A stretch of DNA of 63,996 nt, counting the filler, from Octopus bimaculoides (taxonomy: Eukaryota), in NCBI RefSeq assembly GCF_001194135.2. It is 6 parts of 6 records of this genome, joined end to end, with 100 filler letters (N's around TTAATTAATTAA, not from the genome) between each part and the next. Parts side by side here need not be neighbours in the genome. Positions count along the whole stretch, not along the records: positions 62,543 to 63,996 come from NC_068981.1; 5 more parts are not named here. One strand, written 5' to 3'. A program made the position numbers and the translations under genes. The notes under the pieces are model-generated. The model did no database searches. It saw nothing but the letters and a program-made list of their open reading frames with translations, and was not told where the DNA came from. Every line of letters begins with the position of its first letter. The stretch's first letter is position 1. Below, in pieces: positions 63,161 to 63,996 of the stretch.

Positions 63161-63996
63161 TCGAACGCACACGTCCTTCTTGCAAGTAAGTTTTAACTTT
63201 ATATTTCTGACGCAACTCTATCTGTCTTTGCATCTTTCTCCCCCTATCGCTCTTCCTTCCGTTGTTCTTCAACTCTACCCTTCAATACCATATATCTCTC
63301 TCTCTTCCTCCCTGTTTCTCATTGCTCACCTATATTCAAATTCCTCCCCTTTTTTCTCTCTCTACCACTCTTTCTCCTTACCCCTCGCTGGTCACATGTC
63401 ACCGGCTACTGCTTTCTTTCTTCTCTTAGCCACTGCGAAGCTAGCACGAACTTTTTTCTTCTCTCTTACTTTCAAGTTCGTCACATCACAGCGTTCAGTA
63501 TACATATTTTTTTCACATCTGGCCTTACAGCCCTTCTTGTTTATTTTCACTGTTTCGTTTTCCTGTCATGTTTTCTGTTCGCCACTATATTCCTCCGCAT
63601 TACAAATTTCATTTAATTTGTTTCTGCGGGAAGAGCCATTCTAACAATGCGTCCTGCCCTAACTCTTCGAAACGCTTAGTCTAAAATGGTGGCAACTGAT
63701 GAAGGAAATATTCTCTATGTGGCCTGTGTGTTTTCTGTGCTCTGTTTATGTTTAGTTTTTCATTTTGTCCACGTTTTTTTTTGTGATGTCCTGTACCCAG
63801 ATATGCATCTATATATACATGTAAATGTAGGTATGTACATACATGTACGTATATATGCATATACTCACATATTATTTGTATTATATATATATATATAATA
63901 AAGTAAAGTTGCGGAATACCGTACAAGTGGAAATATATATGAAAGAAGGTTTGAAAATGCACTTATTTTTTTTAAATATTTATTTACTTAACCGGC
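63160..63996 (-). repeat. Second copy of the 39401-39872 repeat family (probable Penelope-like pLTR/UTR)
   Basis: Inverted homology to 39540-39872 and extending further; contains GAAACGC..GTC and CTGATGAAGG on the plus strand. Confidence 0.55.

Noticed and set aside
63105-63644. 179-aa plus-strand ORF
   Set aside because: It starts inside a SINE and reads through a CT-rich repeat that is homologous to the 39.4 kb family; low complexity with no domain.

Overview
This is AT-rich, gap-riddled animal genomic DNA. Its repeat content (tRNA-derived SINEs, RTE LINE pieces, dense TA/CA/GA microsatellites) looks like an octopus genome; the taxon is inferred, not verified. Only one convincing host coding exon was found: a 129-bp phase 1-1 EGF-domain exon at 37994-38122 (+) with fibulin-1/2-like cysteine spacing. 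Most of the window is therefore probably intronic or intergenic. The rest is transposon debris: several SINE families, RTE, Dong/R4, Tx1-like L1 and decayed LINE fragments, Tc1/mariner elements and MITEs, a Helitron 3' end, two DINE-1/HINE-like elements and Penelope-like RT fragments. The most interesting signal is a cluster at about 39.4-44 kb. It holds two long near-perfect DNA hairpins that each carry a minimal type I hammerhead-ribozyme-like core, next to Penelope-like RT remnants. Almost all ORFs in the supplied track are microsatellite or N-gap artefacts, and the five TTAATTAATTAA islands inside gaps are assembly linkers. Repeat boundaries are approximate unless TIRs, TSDs or splice sites are quoted.
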